A stretch of DNA of 27,954 nucleotides, from contig JAJBVJ010000184.1 in the NCBI GenBank assembly GCA_020859875.1, positions 1 to 27,954 on the forward strand, in the 5' to 3' direction. The notes under the pieces were generated by a model. The model was not told the origin of the DNA. It saw nothing but the letters and a program-made list of their open reading frames with translations, and did not search any database. The DNA comes from Rikenellaceae bacterium (lineage in GTDB: Bacteria > Bacteroidota > Bacteroidia > Bacteroidales > Rikenellaceae). Each line of letters opens with the position of its first letter. Positions within the stretch are counted from its first letter, which is position 1. A program made the position numbers and the translations under genes. This document shows positions 8,676 to 17,141 of this stretch, piece by piece.

Positions 8676-9287
8676 TTACCACTTGTTGTAATGTACCTTA
8701 TCCGGATTATATTTATCCTTTGGGACTTCGTCCCCAGCCGGATAACCCACTGGAATTACGGCCAGCGGAAGTATATTTTCCGGAAGACCTACGGCATCCA
8801 TAACCACGCTCATACGCTCCTGATATGGATAGGCGGCAGTCCATACCGCTCCCAGCCCCTGGGCTTCGGCGGCGAGCAGAAGGTTCTGAGCAGCAGCCGA
8901 GCAGTCGAGATACCAGTAGGAAGAACGATCGGTGTCGCCGCAGACGATCATGGCAAGGGGTGCATGCTGCAGCATCTTCGCAGCACCCAATCCCTCGCTC
9001 ATTTTATCGAGAATTTCCCTGTCGTCCACCACGACGATCTCCCACGGTCTGCGATCCATACCCGAGGGGGCGGCCATTGCGGCCCTAACCATCATGTCGA
9101 TCTTTTCCTGTTCCACGGCCTGGTCGGTGTAACTTCTTACGCTCTTGCGCTCGAAGATAACATCGAGGATCGAAGCAGAAACTTCCTGTTCCGCCCCTGC
9201 CGAGGAGGTCTTTGCAGAATTGTTGCACGATAACAGCCCTGATATAATAGCTGTGGCGGCAGTCAGTGTTAAAAGGACTTTTTTCAT
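8676..9287 (-). CDS. Nitroreductase family protein with lipoprotein signal peptide
   Basis: RKSVRSY, AAMAAPSGMDRRPW, NLLLAAEAQGLGAVW, IPVGYP. N-terminus MKKVLLTLTAATAIISGLLSC. Confidence 0.9.
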   Translation of the reverse strand: MKKVLLTLTAATAIISGLLSCNNSAKTSSAGAEQEVSASILDVIFERKSVRSYTDQAVEQEKIDMMVRAAMAAPSGMDRRPWEIVVVDDREILDKMSEGLGAAKMLQHAPLAMIVCGDTDRSSYWYLDCSAAAQNLLLAAEAQGLGAVWTAAYPYQERMSVVMDAVGLPENILPLAVIPVGYPAGDEVPKDKYNPDKVHYNKW

Positions 9288-9417
9288 ATACGAATATATT
9301 TATGTAATTAATTGAAACGCAATAAAGATAGTAAATTCAAGCGGGAAAAAAGCCGGGGATAAATATTTAAAATTAAAAACAGCCGGTATCGGGCAGTTGT
9401 CCGGAAAACAATTTTCC

Positions 9418-9425
9418 TATCTTTG
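9418..9425 (+). promoter_or_regulatory. -7 promoter element
   Basis: TATCTTTG, 26 bp upstream of ATG 9452. Confidence 0.65.
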
Positions 9426-9451
9426 GAACGGTTTTAGCCTAAAAGGATATT

Positions 9452-10312
9452 ATGGAACTCGATATAGTAATCGACAGGGTAACCTGCATAAAATGCGGCC
9501 GTTGTGCCGCGGTATGTCCCTCCTCGGTTTTCGACGTGGGGGAAGATCGGGAGATAATAGTAAGCAGGAAGGAAAACTGTATAATTTGCGGCCATTGTGT
9601 GGCGGCATGTCCTACTTTCTCCGTTCTTCACAGCGATTTCCCGCCTGAAACGGTCCATCCGGTCGATGCCGCCATGCTTCCCCCGGCGGAACAGACGCTT
9701 CTATTGATCCGTTCCCGCCGCTCGAACAGGGCCTTTACCAAAGAGCAGGTGCCGCCCGAAAAGATCGACCTCATACTCGAAGCGGCCCACCGTGCCCCTA
9801 CGGCAAGCAATCTTCAGCAGGTGGAATATACCGTAGTAACGGATCCGGCAAAACTGAAGACGATCTCCCGGTACACCGTCGATATTTTTTACGCAATGGT
9901 AAAAAGGATAAATAATCCGGTGGTGAAACCGATTATAAAAAGTTTCAAACCGGACGTTTACAAAATGGCCGACCGGATGCTTCGTATGAAAGAAATTTTC
10001 GATGCAGGTAACGACCTGATCCTTCGGGGAGCGACAGCCGTGATCTTTATACACACCCCGAAAGATTCCCGCTTCGGCTGCCAGGATTCCAACCTGGCTT
10101 ACCAGAATGCATCTTTGATGGCCGAGAGCCTCGGTGTCTCCCAGTTCTATACAGGATTCGTATGCAACGCCATAATGCAGGACAAAGACCATCGGATTGA
10201 AAGATACCTGGATATCGAGGGCAGGGTACATGCAGGTATCGCACTCGGCATCCCGAAATACCGTTATCCTAATTACATAGACCGTAAGCCTATCAAAGTC
10301 CGCAAGATCTAA
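9452..10312 (+). CDS. Nitroreductase with N-terminal 2x[4Fe-4S] ferredoxin domain
   Basis: CIKCGRCAAVCP and CIICGHCVAACP, then SRRSNRAF, HRAPTASNLQ, AESLGVSQFY, LGIPKY. Confidence 0.92.
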   Translation: MELDIVIDRVTCIKCGRCAAVCPSSVFDVGEDREIIVSRKENCIICGHCVAACPTFSVLHSDFPPETVHPVDAAMLPPAEQTLLLIRSRRSNRAFTKEQVPPEKIDLILEAAHRAPTASNLQQVEYTVVTDPAKLKTISRYTVDIFYAMVKRINNPVVKPIIKSFKPDVYKMADRMLRMKEIFDAGNDLILRGATAVIFIHTPKDSRFGCQDSNLAYQNASLMAESLGVSQFYTGFVCNAIMQDKDHRIERYLDIEGRVHAGIALGIPKYRYPNYIDRKPIKVRKI

Positions 10313-11142
10313 AGGGTATTCATAATATCTACTGCCCGGCGGAGATATGTGCTCCCGAACAGGTTTAAGTGGTTTAGTATATGGTAAAGCTGATAGAGCG
10401 GCATCCGCTTCCGCCAGCCTTCGGCCAGTGGATACTCTTGGTCGTAAGCCATATAAAATTCTTGCGGGAAACCGCCAAAGAGCATCGTCATGGCAATGTC
10501 CGTTTCCCGGTGGCCGTAATAGACTGCCGGATCGATCAGAAAAGGCGTATCACCCCGACCGCAAAGATAATTACCGCCCCAGAGGTCGCCGTGGAGCAGG
10601 CTGGGAGGTTCCGTAACGGGTGAAAGCAATCCGTAAACCGCCTCTTCGAGCCGACTGAGCCCGGAGGCGGTCATATCCCGAAAGTATCCGTTTTCTATAG
10701 CCATCGATAACTGGAAATTCAGCCTGCGATCGAAATAGAATTCCGCCCAGTTCACTGCCTCGTTCCCCTTGGCCACATTCGGTTGTATATTATTTCCTAT
10801 GTAGTTATCCTCGTAAAATCCGAACTTGTCTGCCGTTACTCGGTGCATCCCGGCGACCATCTGGCCAAGGCGCGTGTAAAAGGTGGGTGTCGGTGTGGAA
10901 TTTCGGATATATTGTAAAAGAATAAAATCTTCTCCGAACAGTATCACCTCCGGGACTTCCACTCCGCCACGGGCAAGTTCTGCCAGGCCCTTCACCTCGC
11001 AGGAAAAAGCCCGGGAAGGGTTCCCCCTTTTGAGGAAATAACTTTTCCCCGACTCGGTTTCAACGATTCCGTTACCATGCGGCACCACCGATATACGTTC
11101 GCCTATACGGTCTTCGATATAATTTATGATGCCTGTTTTCAT
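10309..11142 (-). CDS. Fructosamine kinase family protein
   Basis: FGFYEDNYIG, PSLLHGDLWGGN, LIDPAVYYGHRETDIAM, LYQLYHILNHLNLFG. Confidence 0.9.
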   Translation of the reverse strand: MKTGIINYIEDRIGERISVVPHGNGIVETESGKSYFLKRGNPSRAFSCEVKGLAELARGGVEVPEVILFGEDFILLQYIRNSTPTPTFYTRLGQMVAGMHRVTADKFGFYEDNYIGNNIQPNVAKGNEAVNWAEFYFDRRLNFQLSMAIENGYFRDMTASGLSRLEEAVYGLLSPVTEPPSLLHGDLWGGNYLCGRGDTPFLIDPAVYYGHRETDIAMTMLFGGFPQEFYMAYDQEYPLAEGWRKRMPLYQLYHILNHLNLFGSTYLRRAVDIMNTL

Positions 11143-11164
11143 ATCCGCTAAAATAATACTTTAC

Positions 11165-11181
11165 CGGTAAACCGTTTACCG
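11165..11181. promoter_or_regulatory. 8-1-8 perfect palindrome, candidate operator
   Basis: CGGTAAAC-C-GTTTACCG in the divergent intergenic region between the kinase and the pilus operon. Confidence 0.45.
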
Positions 11182-11221
11182 TCGCAATTCCTGCAAATTA
11201 TTCCGATAGCAATCCGGGGCA

Positions 11222-11229
11222 CAAATATA
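11222..11229 (-). promoter_or_regulatory. -7 promoter element for fructosamine kinase gene
   Basis: Reverse strand reads TATATTTG, with TTTA 20 bp further upstream (11250-11253). Confidence 0.5.
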
Positions 11230-11329
11230 TCCCATCCGGTTCTCACTCGTAAAGTTTTCGGTTTTCAGGCATAACGATTGTATTCACCCGGTCAAGCAGT
11301 GAAATCAAATAACATTGAATATTAAGATT

Positions 11330-12753
11330 ATGAAATTCAAACTGACTATCCTGGTAGTGGCTATGGGGGCTGTGTCGCTCTCATGCAGTGAGAGCAAAGA
11401 GGGAGGATCGGGGGTAGCCGAGGGTATACCGACCTACGTTAATTTCGAAATAACCCTACCCGGCACCATGGTCGGCAGGGCGGCACCCGACCTACCGGAA
11501 GATTACAATCCGGACGGAACCTATGAGGGTAATGACGGTATCGAGACCCTCGATATATATATGAGGTCTTCGGACGGAACAATCGAGGCAAAACGTTTTT
11601 TGGATGACGACATCGCTTCCGACGGTACTGTAATATATCCCAGCGAACCTTTCCGTACCACCTCTGGCGTCAAGACAGTTTACGTGGTAATCAACGACCC
11701 TAACCCCCTGGAAACCACCATAACCTCCGAGAATACCCTGGTCGACACCGACGGGCTTGCAAGGTATGTAACCCGGGACGGGATAACCTACGACGTCATT
11801 ACTATGACCGGAAAAGCGGAAAATGTAACGATCGAACCCGATATTCCCGTTACGGGTGTTACCGCCGGGGAGAACCGTGTGGCGGTAACCGTCAACAGAG
11901 TCGCGTCGAGGGTAATAGTTACCATCAGCCGTAACGCTTCCGAAACCCTGGAAGACGAGGATGGCAACATAATAGGTACGGTCTCGAACGTTACTTGGAC
12001 AGTAGCCCAGGGCACCAACAAAATATACTGGATCGAGCAACCGAATTTCATAACATACGGATACGATTATGTTCCGGTACTGGGCGATTATTACGGAGGG
12101 GATGCCGTGACCTATTACGATTTTTCCAGCTCGACGACGATGTCGCCGTTCCGTACCTTCCCACGGCCGGGGACGGGTATAAATCCCTGCCCGGTAAATT
12201 CCTCTTCGAGAACACCCACCAGTACGGAGCCACGCAGGCAACTACACACTACCGCAAAGGAAATACCGCTTACGTGCTGGTAAAGGCTATTTTTACCCCT
12301 TCGGCTTCGGCGATCGCCGACGGGGGAACCCTCACCAACGGCACCTTCTATTACGGCTATTCCGACGGCAAGATATATTCGAGTAAGGCCGCCGCACAGG
12401 ATGCTGTACAGAACCAGAAGGTGGCGGTTTATCATGGCGGTAAAATGTTGAATTATGCATGCCTCAATCCCGACAGCACCACCGAACCCCTCAATTCACC
12501 CGTAATAAGGAACAATATATACCACATAAATATAACCGGCTTCAGAAGGCTTGCATATAACTGGAACCCGCTCTATCCCGGCGAGGAACCCGGAACCTCC
12601 GATCCGGAGAATCCCGACCCGAAACCGATCAATCCCGACGAACCGGAGAGCCCGATCGACCCGATCGATCCTCTCACCCCGGAAGAGACCTATATGACGG
12701 TCGACGTGACGGTACAAGACTGGTACGTACACTCCTACGATATCGAATTCTAA
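11330..12753 (+). pseudogene. Mfa1-like major type V pilin, interrupted by a single-base frameshift near 12121-12127 (or a sequencing error)
   Basis: The N-terminal frame has lipobox SLSC and pilin sequence up to AVTYYDFS. The other frame continues QLDDDVAVP...GNTAYVLVKAIFTP...VIRNNIYHINI...NWNPL, a Pro-rich tract, and TVQDWYVHSYDIEF, closely matching Mfa1 C-termini. One added base gives a 474-aa protein. Confidence 0.8.
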
Positions 12754-12777
12754 GGATTAACGAAGCAGAGCGCACAA

Positions 12778-13728
12778 ATGGCCATACGTCCCCTATTATT
12801 ACTGACGATCGCATCCGCCCTTATTTTATGGGGCGGTTGCGTCAATCAGAAACAAAATAACGACGGATGTACAGAACGGATACAGGGCCTGGAGGTATCG
12901 TTCTACTCGAGGTCTCGCTGCCAGACGGAAGCACGCTACCCCGAAGCCGTAGAGAGCATTCTGCTCTGTATTTTCGACGGGGACGGAATACTCGCCTATT
13001 ACCGTTATTTGGAAGATGTCATACTGGACGAATCCTACTCGGTAACTCTCGATACCGACCCGGGACTTTATACCGTAGTCAGTTGGGCGGGTATCGATAG
13101 GGAATGTTTCGAGACCGCAGCACCGGAAGAGGGAACTACCACTAAAGAAGACATACTTCTTTCCGTTATTCGAGCGGACGGTACGGCATCGGATCTTGTC
13201 GGTGCCGAAGTCTATTTCGGTCAAAGCAATGCGGTTTATGTCCAAGCGGGAGTGGCCGGCGGAGAAGCCGATTACCGGGATGTATCGGTCAATCTGCTCG
13301 AAGTCACCAACCGCCTCGAAATTTCGGTCGACGGGCTTCCCACCCGTGCGGAAGATTACGAGATAACCATCGAATCCGATGACGGCTCGATGACCTTCGA
13401 CGGAGAGATAGCACCCGACGAACCGCTCATCTACCGGGCCGCAATGTCCTACGGAGATGGTTATGTGGAAGGCGTATTCACCCTTCTTAAACTTGAGACC
13501 GGTCACAGCTACTATATCGCTGTGCGTAATATCGTCTCCGGCACCGAGCTATATTACGGCAGCCTCCTGGGAGCACTTCTTTTGAAAAATCCCGAGGTAG
13601 ACCTTCTGTGCGACCACGATTTTACCATCCGATTCACCGCGGAGGACAAGTGCGACTGCGGAACATATGCCATTACCGAAATTTGGGTCAATAACTGGCT
13701 GGTACATAGCTACGAGACGGATTTGTAG
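12778..13728 (+). CDS. FimB/Mfa2-family pilus anchor lipoprotein
   Basis: Lipobox WGGC followed by ...NDGC, LCIFDGDG, YTVVSWAG, C-terminal IWVNNW. Lies directly after the major pilin. Confidence 0.8.
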   Translation: MAIRPLLLLTIASALILWGGCVNQKQNNDGCTERIQGLEVSFYSRSRCQTEARYPEAVESILLCIFDGDGILAYYRYLEDVILDESYSVTLDTDPGLYTVVSWAGIDRECFETAAPEEGTTTKEDILLSVIRADGTASDLVGAEVYFGQSNAVYVQAGVAGGEADYRDVSVNLLEVTNRLEISVDGLPTRAEDYEITIESDDGSMTFDGEIAPDEPLIYRAAMSYGDGYVEGVFTLLKLETGHSYYIAVRNIVSGTELYYGSLLGALLLKNPEVDLLCDHDFTIRFTAEDKCDCGTYAITEIWVNNWLVHSYETDL

Positions 13729-13743
13729 AATCCGGATGGATCG

Positions 13744-15510
13744 ATGAAACAACTCATGGAACACATACTCCGAATATCGGCTTTTCTTGCGGCTCTCCTC
13801 CTGGCCGGATGCAGGGATAACACCGGCGATCTATCCGGCGGCGGTAATGCTGTACTTTATCTCTCGATAAAGGCAGCGGCCAACAGCATCAACGAAGATG
13901 AGATCGACTGGGAAGACCGTGTGGACGAACTGCGGATGATCGTTTTCGATCCGGCGGACGGCGGTGTGGTGTATAACCAGAAACTCTATTTTCCGGACGG
14001 CTTCCAGGCAAGCAGCAGGCCCGTCGAGATCACTCCGGGCACATACGACTTTTATTTTATAGCCAACGAAACGGTATATCCGGGAAATTTCGTGGATGCA
14101 CTGATGCAGATCGAAAACCTGTCGGACTTCACCACGGATGCCAGATTCTCCGCTATTGCCTACCGTCCGGGATTCTCTCCCGACGGGACGACCACCCCGG
14201 GAAGGTTCCTTATGTCTGCCGTTTATGAAGGGATCACCGTAGCGAGCGGAGGGACTTATACAAACCCTGTCGCCCTACCCCTCCCAACAGAAAAGGTAGA
14301 GCTTATAAGGGCACTGGCAAAGGTTGAAGTAGTTTTTCGCAAAAGGGTGTCCGGCGGCACCGTACCGGAAAACACCGTAACCGATGTACACCTCGAAAAT
14401 GTGGCCGCCTACACATCCGTCCCGCCTGCCGACTCTTATTATACGGGCTCTGTGGTCGATTCAAGAGCGGGCTCTCTGGACGGACTCGACTACGGGAACG
14501 ACAGCATCGGATCGGTCGTCTTTTATATCCCCGAACTGCTGGTGGCCCCTGGCGGCGATGTATACACGGAACTGGTAATTAACAACAATGTATTCCCTAT
14601 CGAGACGGACGATGCCCGCGGCGGCCTGGCCGCACAGCGAAGAAGTGTTCCGGCAACATCGGACAATAGCGTAATCCGCAATTACCACTACCTGATAAAT
14701 GCCTACATCGCCTCCGACGGCGGACTGCAGCTTCTTGTCTATGTGCAACCGTGGCAGAAGGACACCTACCTCTATATATTCCAGGGGGATGCGAGCATAG
14801 TTTTGCCGCCGGTAACCATTCCGTCGGACACTACGATAATATTTCCCACCGATTGCGGGAAAATCGAACTTCTCTCCCACAACGAATATCTTACGGCTGG
14901 ACTTCAGGGAGCATACAACGATCAGGTGATATATTACGATCCGGAAACCCAGGGCTCATTGATAATCAGAGGCGATCCGCCATACTACTGCGAGAAGAAA
15001 TATGGCGAGGGATGGAGGTTGATAAATTCCTGTGAACTGATGTCTTTTCTGGCCTATTTCGACACGGCCTATAACGTATGGACGTCCAATACATGGAATG
15101 CCGTGGCTTACGATATGCCCTACTATTCTATGGCATTCAGAGAGGAAGCTCAGTATTTCCTCGAGAAATTAACTGGATACGATCTGTCGGGTTCCGTCCT
15201 ATACGACCAGAATAACCATGAAGATGCCCTTACCGATCTGAAGTTGGGAATTGTCGACGAATATTTCACCCCGGGCGATATTATGGTCAAAGAGGACGAC
15301 TATCCCGGCGGATGGCCTTTCCCCTCCCCGCCCGGAACCGATTTAACCTGGTTTTACAACGAAGTGACGATTCAGGTAAAAGTTTACTGGTACGGGAGTG
15401 AATATATCAGCTATTCCGACAGGGACAACTGGAATGAGATTCTTTACGGAGAGTTCGAAAGATACGATTACTCCAGCACGGTGTCGCGCTGCGTAAGGGA
15501 TGTAGATTGA
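13744..15510 (+). CDS. Type V pilus ancillary/tip pilin lipoprotein with appended C-terminal domain
   Basis: Lipobox LAGC, EDRVDELRMIVFD, YDFYFIANE, LIRALAKVEV, VIRNYHY, VQPW, then about 250 aa extra domain ending SRCVRDVD. Confidence 0.75.
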   Translation: MKQLMEHILRISAFLAALLLAGCRDNTGDLSGGGNAVLYLSIKAAANSINEDEIDWEDRVDELRMIVFDPADGGVVYNQKLYFPDGFQASSRPVEITPGTYDFYFIANETVYPGNFVDALMQIENLSDFTTDARFSAIAYRPGFSPDGTTTPGRFLMSAVYEGITVASGGTYTNPVALPLPTEKVELIRALAKVEVVFRKRVSGGTVPENTVTDVHLENVAAYTSVPPADSYYTGSVVDSRAGSLDGLDYGNDSIGSVVFYIPELLVAPGGDVYTELVINNNVFPIETDDARGGLAAQRRSVPATSDNSVIRNYHYLINAYIASDGGLQLLVYVQPWQKDTYLYIFQGDASIVLPPVTIPSDTTIIFPTDCGKIELLSHNEYLTAGLQGAYNDQVIYYDPETQGSLIIRGDPPYYCEKKYGEGWRLINSCELMSFLAYFDTAYNVWTSNTWNAVAYDMPYYSMAFREEAQYFLEKLTGYDLSGSVLYDQNNHEDALTDLKLGIVDEYFTPGDIMVKEDDYPGGWPFPSPPGTDLTWFYNEVTIQVKVYWYGSEYISYSDRDNWNEILYGEFERYDYSSTVSRCVRDVD

Positions 15511-15511
15511 T

Positions 15512-16462
15512 ATGATAAAATATGTATATATATTATTGATTTTCGCCGCATCCGCTGCCTGCTCTACTGTCGGTGAACACGACGGGAAGAAGGGCATCGA
15601 GATCCGGCTCGCCCAGGGCATTTTTTCCACCCGGCTGGTCGACGACGACAATCTTTCCAGCGAACAGGTGATAAACAATATATCGGTATTTTTTGCCGAC
15701 CCCGGCGATGATAACATAGCATATAAATACATATTTTCGGGTTTCTCGACTTCGGGCGATTACCGTATCGTCACCATTCCGCTCGAAGCCGAAGAGCTGC
15801 AGCGGAAAGATATTTATGTCGTTGCCAATTACGACAATGCCGCCGCTCTGGAAGCGGTCACGACCATTACACGGCTCGGCCAGCTGCAAACCCCGATAAT
15901 CGACAAAAGCAACAACCTACAGGCCGGCGACGGATTCTGCATGTACGGGATGAGAGCGGATTTCGACTTTACCGACCCGACACTCGGCTCCCCCGTAGTG
16001 AACGTGGAACGCACCTGTGCAAAAATGAGGATCACGGTAACTTTTCCCGGTAATCCGCGCCTGAGTACGGACAACTCCTACCTTGTCGCAAGGGCGGCCA
16101 GTTATACCTTTCTGGCGGAAAATACCGGCCAGTCGCTCCCCTCGGATGCCTACTTCAATTTTGCCAGCGAAACGGAGCTTACGCCTTCCGGAGCTATGTT
16201 CACCGGAACCGCATATGTCTATCAGGCTGAAGTGGCGCCGGTACTATATATTTATACCCACATCAACGGTTCGGCCGAGGCCCAGGAATTCTCGGCAAAT
16301 ATGCCCATACCCGACCGCAACTACCTCTACGACCTGGATGTAAGGATTTTTGAAGACCTTGTCTCCGGAAGGTCTGCACCGGTGGGGTTCTATGCCGAAA
16401 TAACCTTAATCGTATATGATGCATACGGCGAAAAAATCGACGAAGTTATTTTATCGGCCTAA
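15512..16462 (+). CDS. Type V pilus ancillary pilin lipoprotein
   Basis: Signal ending SAAC, STR-LVDDD..EQVINNISVFF, DIYVVAN, VERTCAKMRITV, DRNYLYDLDV. Confidence 0.75.
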   Translation: MIKYVYILLIFAASAACSTVGEHDGKKGIEIRLAQGIFSTRLVDDDNLSSEQVINNISVFFADPGDDNIAYKYIFSGFSTSGDYRIVTIPLEAEELQRKDIYVVANYDNAAALEAVTTITRLGQLQTPIIDKSNNLQAGDGFCMYGMRADFDFTDPTLGSPVVNVERTCAKMRITVTFPGNPRLSTDNSYLVARAASYTFLAENTGQSLPSDAYFNFASETELTPSGAMFTGTAYVYQAEVAPVLYIYTHINGSAEAQEFSANMPIPDRNYLYDLDVRIFEDLVSGRSAPVGFYAEITLIVYDAYGEKIDEVILSA

Positions 16463-16485
16463 CTTCCGGCTTCGCGTTTTTTCAG

Positions 16486-16493
16486 TATCTTTG
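16486..16493 (+). promoter_or_regulatory. -7 promoter element upstream of GNAT gene
   Basis: TATCTTTG, 114 bp upstream of ATG 16608. Confidence 0.5.
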
Positions 16494-16607
16494 TTATCCG
16501 ATGAACGGCTCCCTTCGGAGGATCGTCCCGCAAACGCCCGATCTTGCCGAACCCCGAATCGAGTAGCCGGGCCATGTCTCAGACAAGGCATTTGTTGAAG
16601 CAGAGAG

Positions 16608-17141
16608 ATGGAATTATTGAAAATTACCCCTTCCGAAAGCCGCCTGTGGGAACAGGTATGGAGGCTTTACAACGAAAGTTTCCCTGAGTATGGAAGGCGC
16701 AGGGTCAGCAGCCATACCATGGCCTGCGAAGACCCCGACTTCCATACCTATATCTCCATAGATAATGGCAACCTGCTGGCACTGCTGTTTTACTGGACTT
16801 ACGGAAAAACTATCTATATCGAACACGTTGCAGTCGATCCGCAGATGAGGGGAAAGAATATCGGATCAAAACTTCTGACCTCATTTGCCCGGGATAACGC
16901 AGACAGCACGATAATGCTCGAAATCGATCCTCCTGTCGACGAAATTTCCAAAAGGAGGCTTGCTTTTTACGAAAGGATAGGATTCAAGAATACGGGGCGC
17001 ATATTTACCCACCCCTCTTATTCCAGGAACGGGCAGGGACATGAACTGTTGGTGCTCAGCTTTCCCGACGAAACAGACGATGCCGGTTATGAAGCATTTA
17101 TGGAATTCGTTTCGGAGAAAGTTCTCAAATACAGGGATTAA
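16608..17141 (+). CDS. GNAT family N-acetyltransferase
   Basis: LYNESFP, YIEHVAVDPQMRGKNIGS (acetyl-CoA motif A), LEIDPPVD, RRLAFYERIGF. Confidence 0.88.
   Translation: MELLKITPSESRLWEQVWRLYNESFPEYGRRRVSSHTMACEDPDFHTYISIDNGNLLALLFYWTYGKTIYIEHVAVDPQMRGKNIGSKLLTSFARDNADSTIMLEIDPPVDEISKRRLAFYERIGFKNTGRIFTHPSYSRNGQGHELLVLSFPDETDDAGYEAFMEFVSEKVLKYRD

Noticed and set aside
9351-9390. AGCCGG direct repeat 30 bp apart between the nitroreductases
   Set aside because: A 6-bp match is too short to distinguish from chance.
12580-12690. DNA repeat in the Pro/Asp/Glu-rich pilin tail (CCCGATCGA-like units)
   Set aside because: Explained by the proline-rich tract known from Mfa1-type pilins; it is not an independent element.
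15524-15537. TATATATA run as a phase-variation tract in the last pilin signal peptide
   Set aside because: Only about four units, and the frame is intact.
15385-16607. Complete diversity-generating retroelement in cis
   Set aside because: No reverse transcriptase and no second copy of the candidate variable region were seen in the window.
11143-16607. Pilus operon as a mobile element or invertible-promoter locus
   Set aside because: No integrase, transposase, tRNA target, flanking direct repeats or paired inversion repeats were found.
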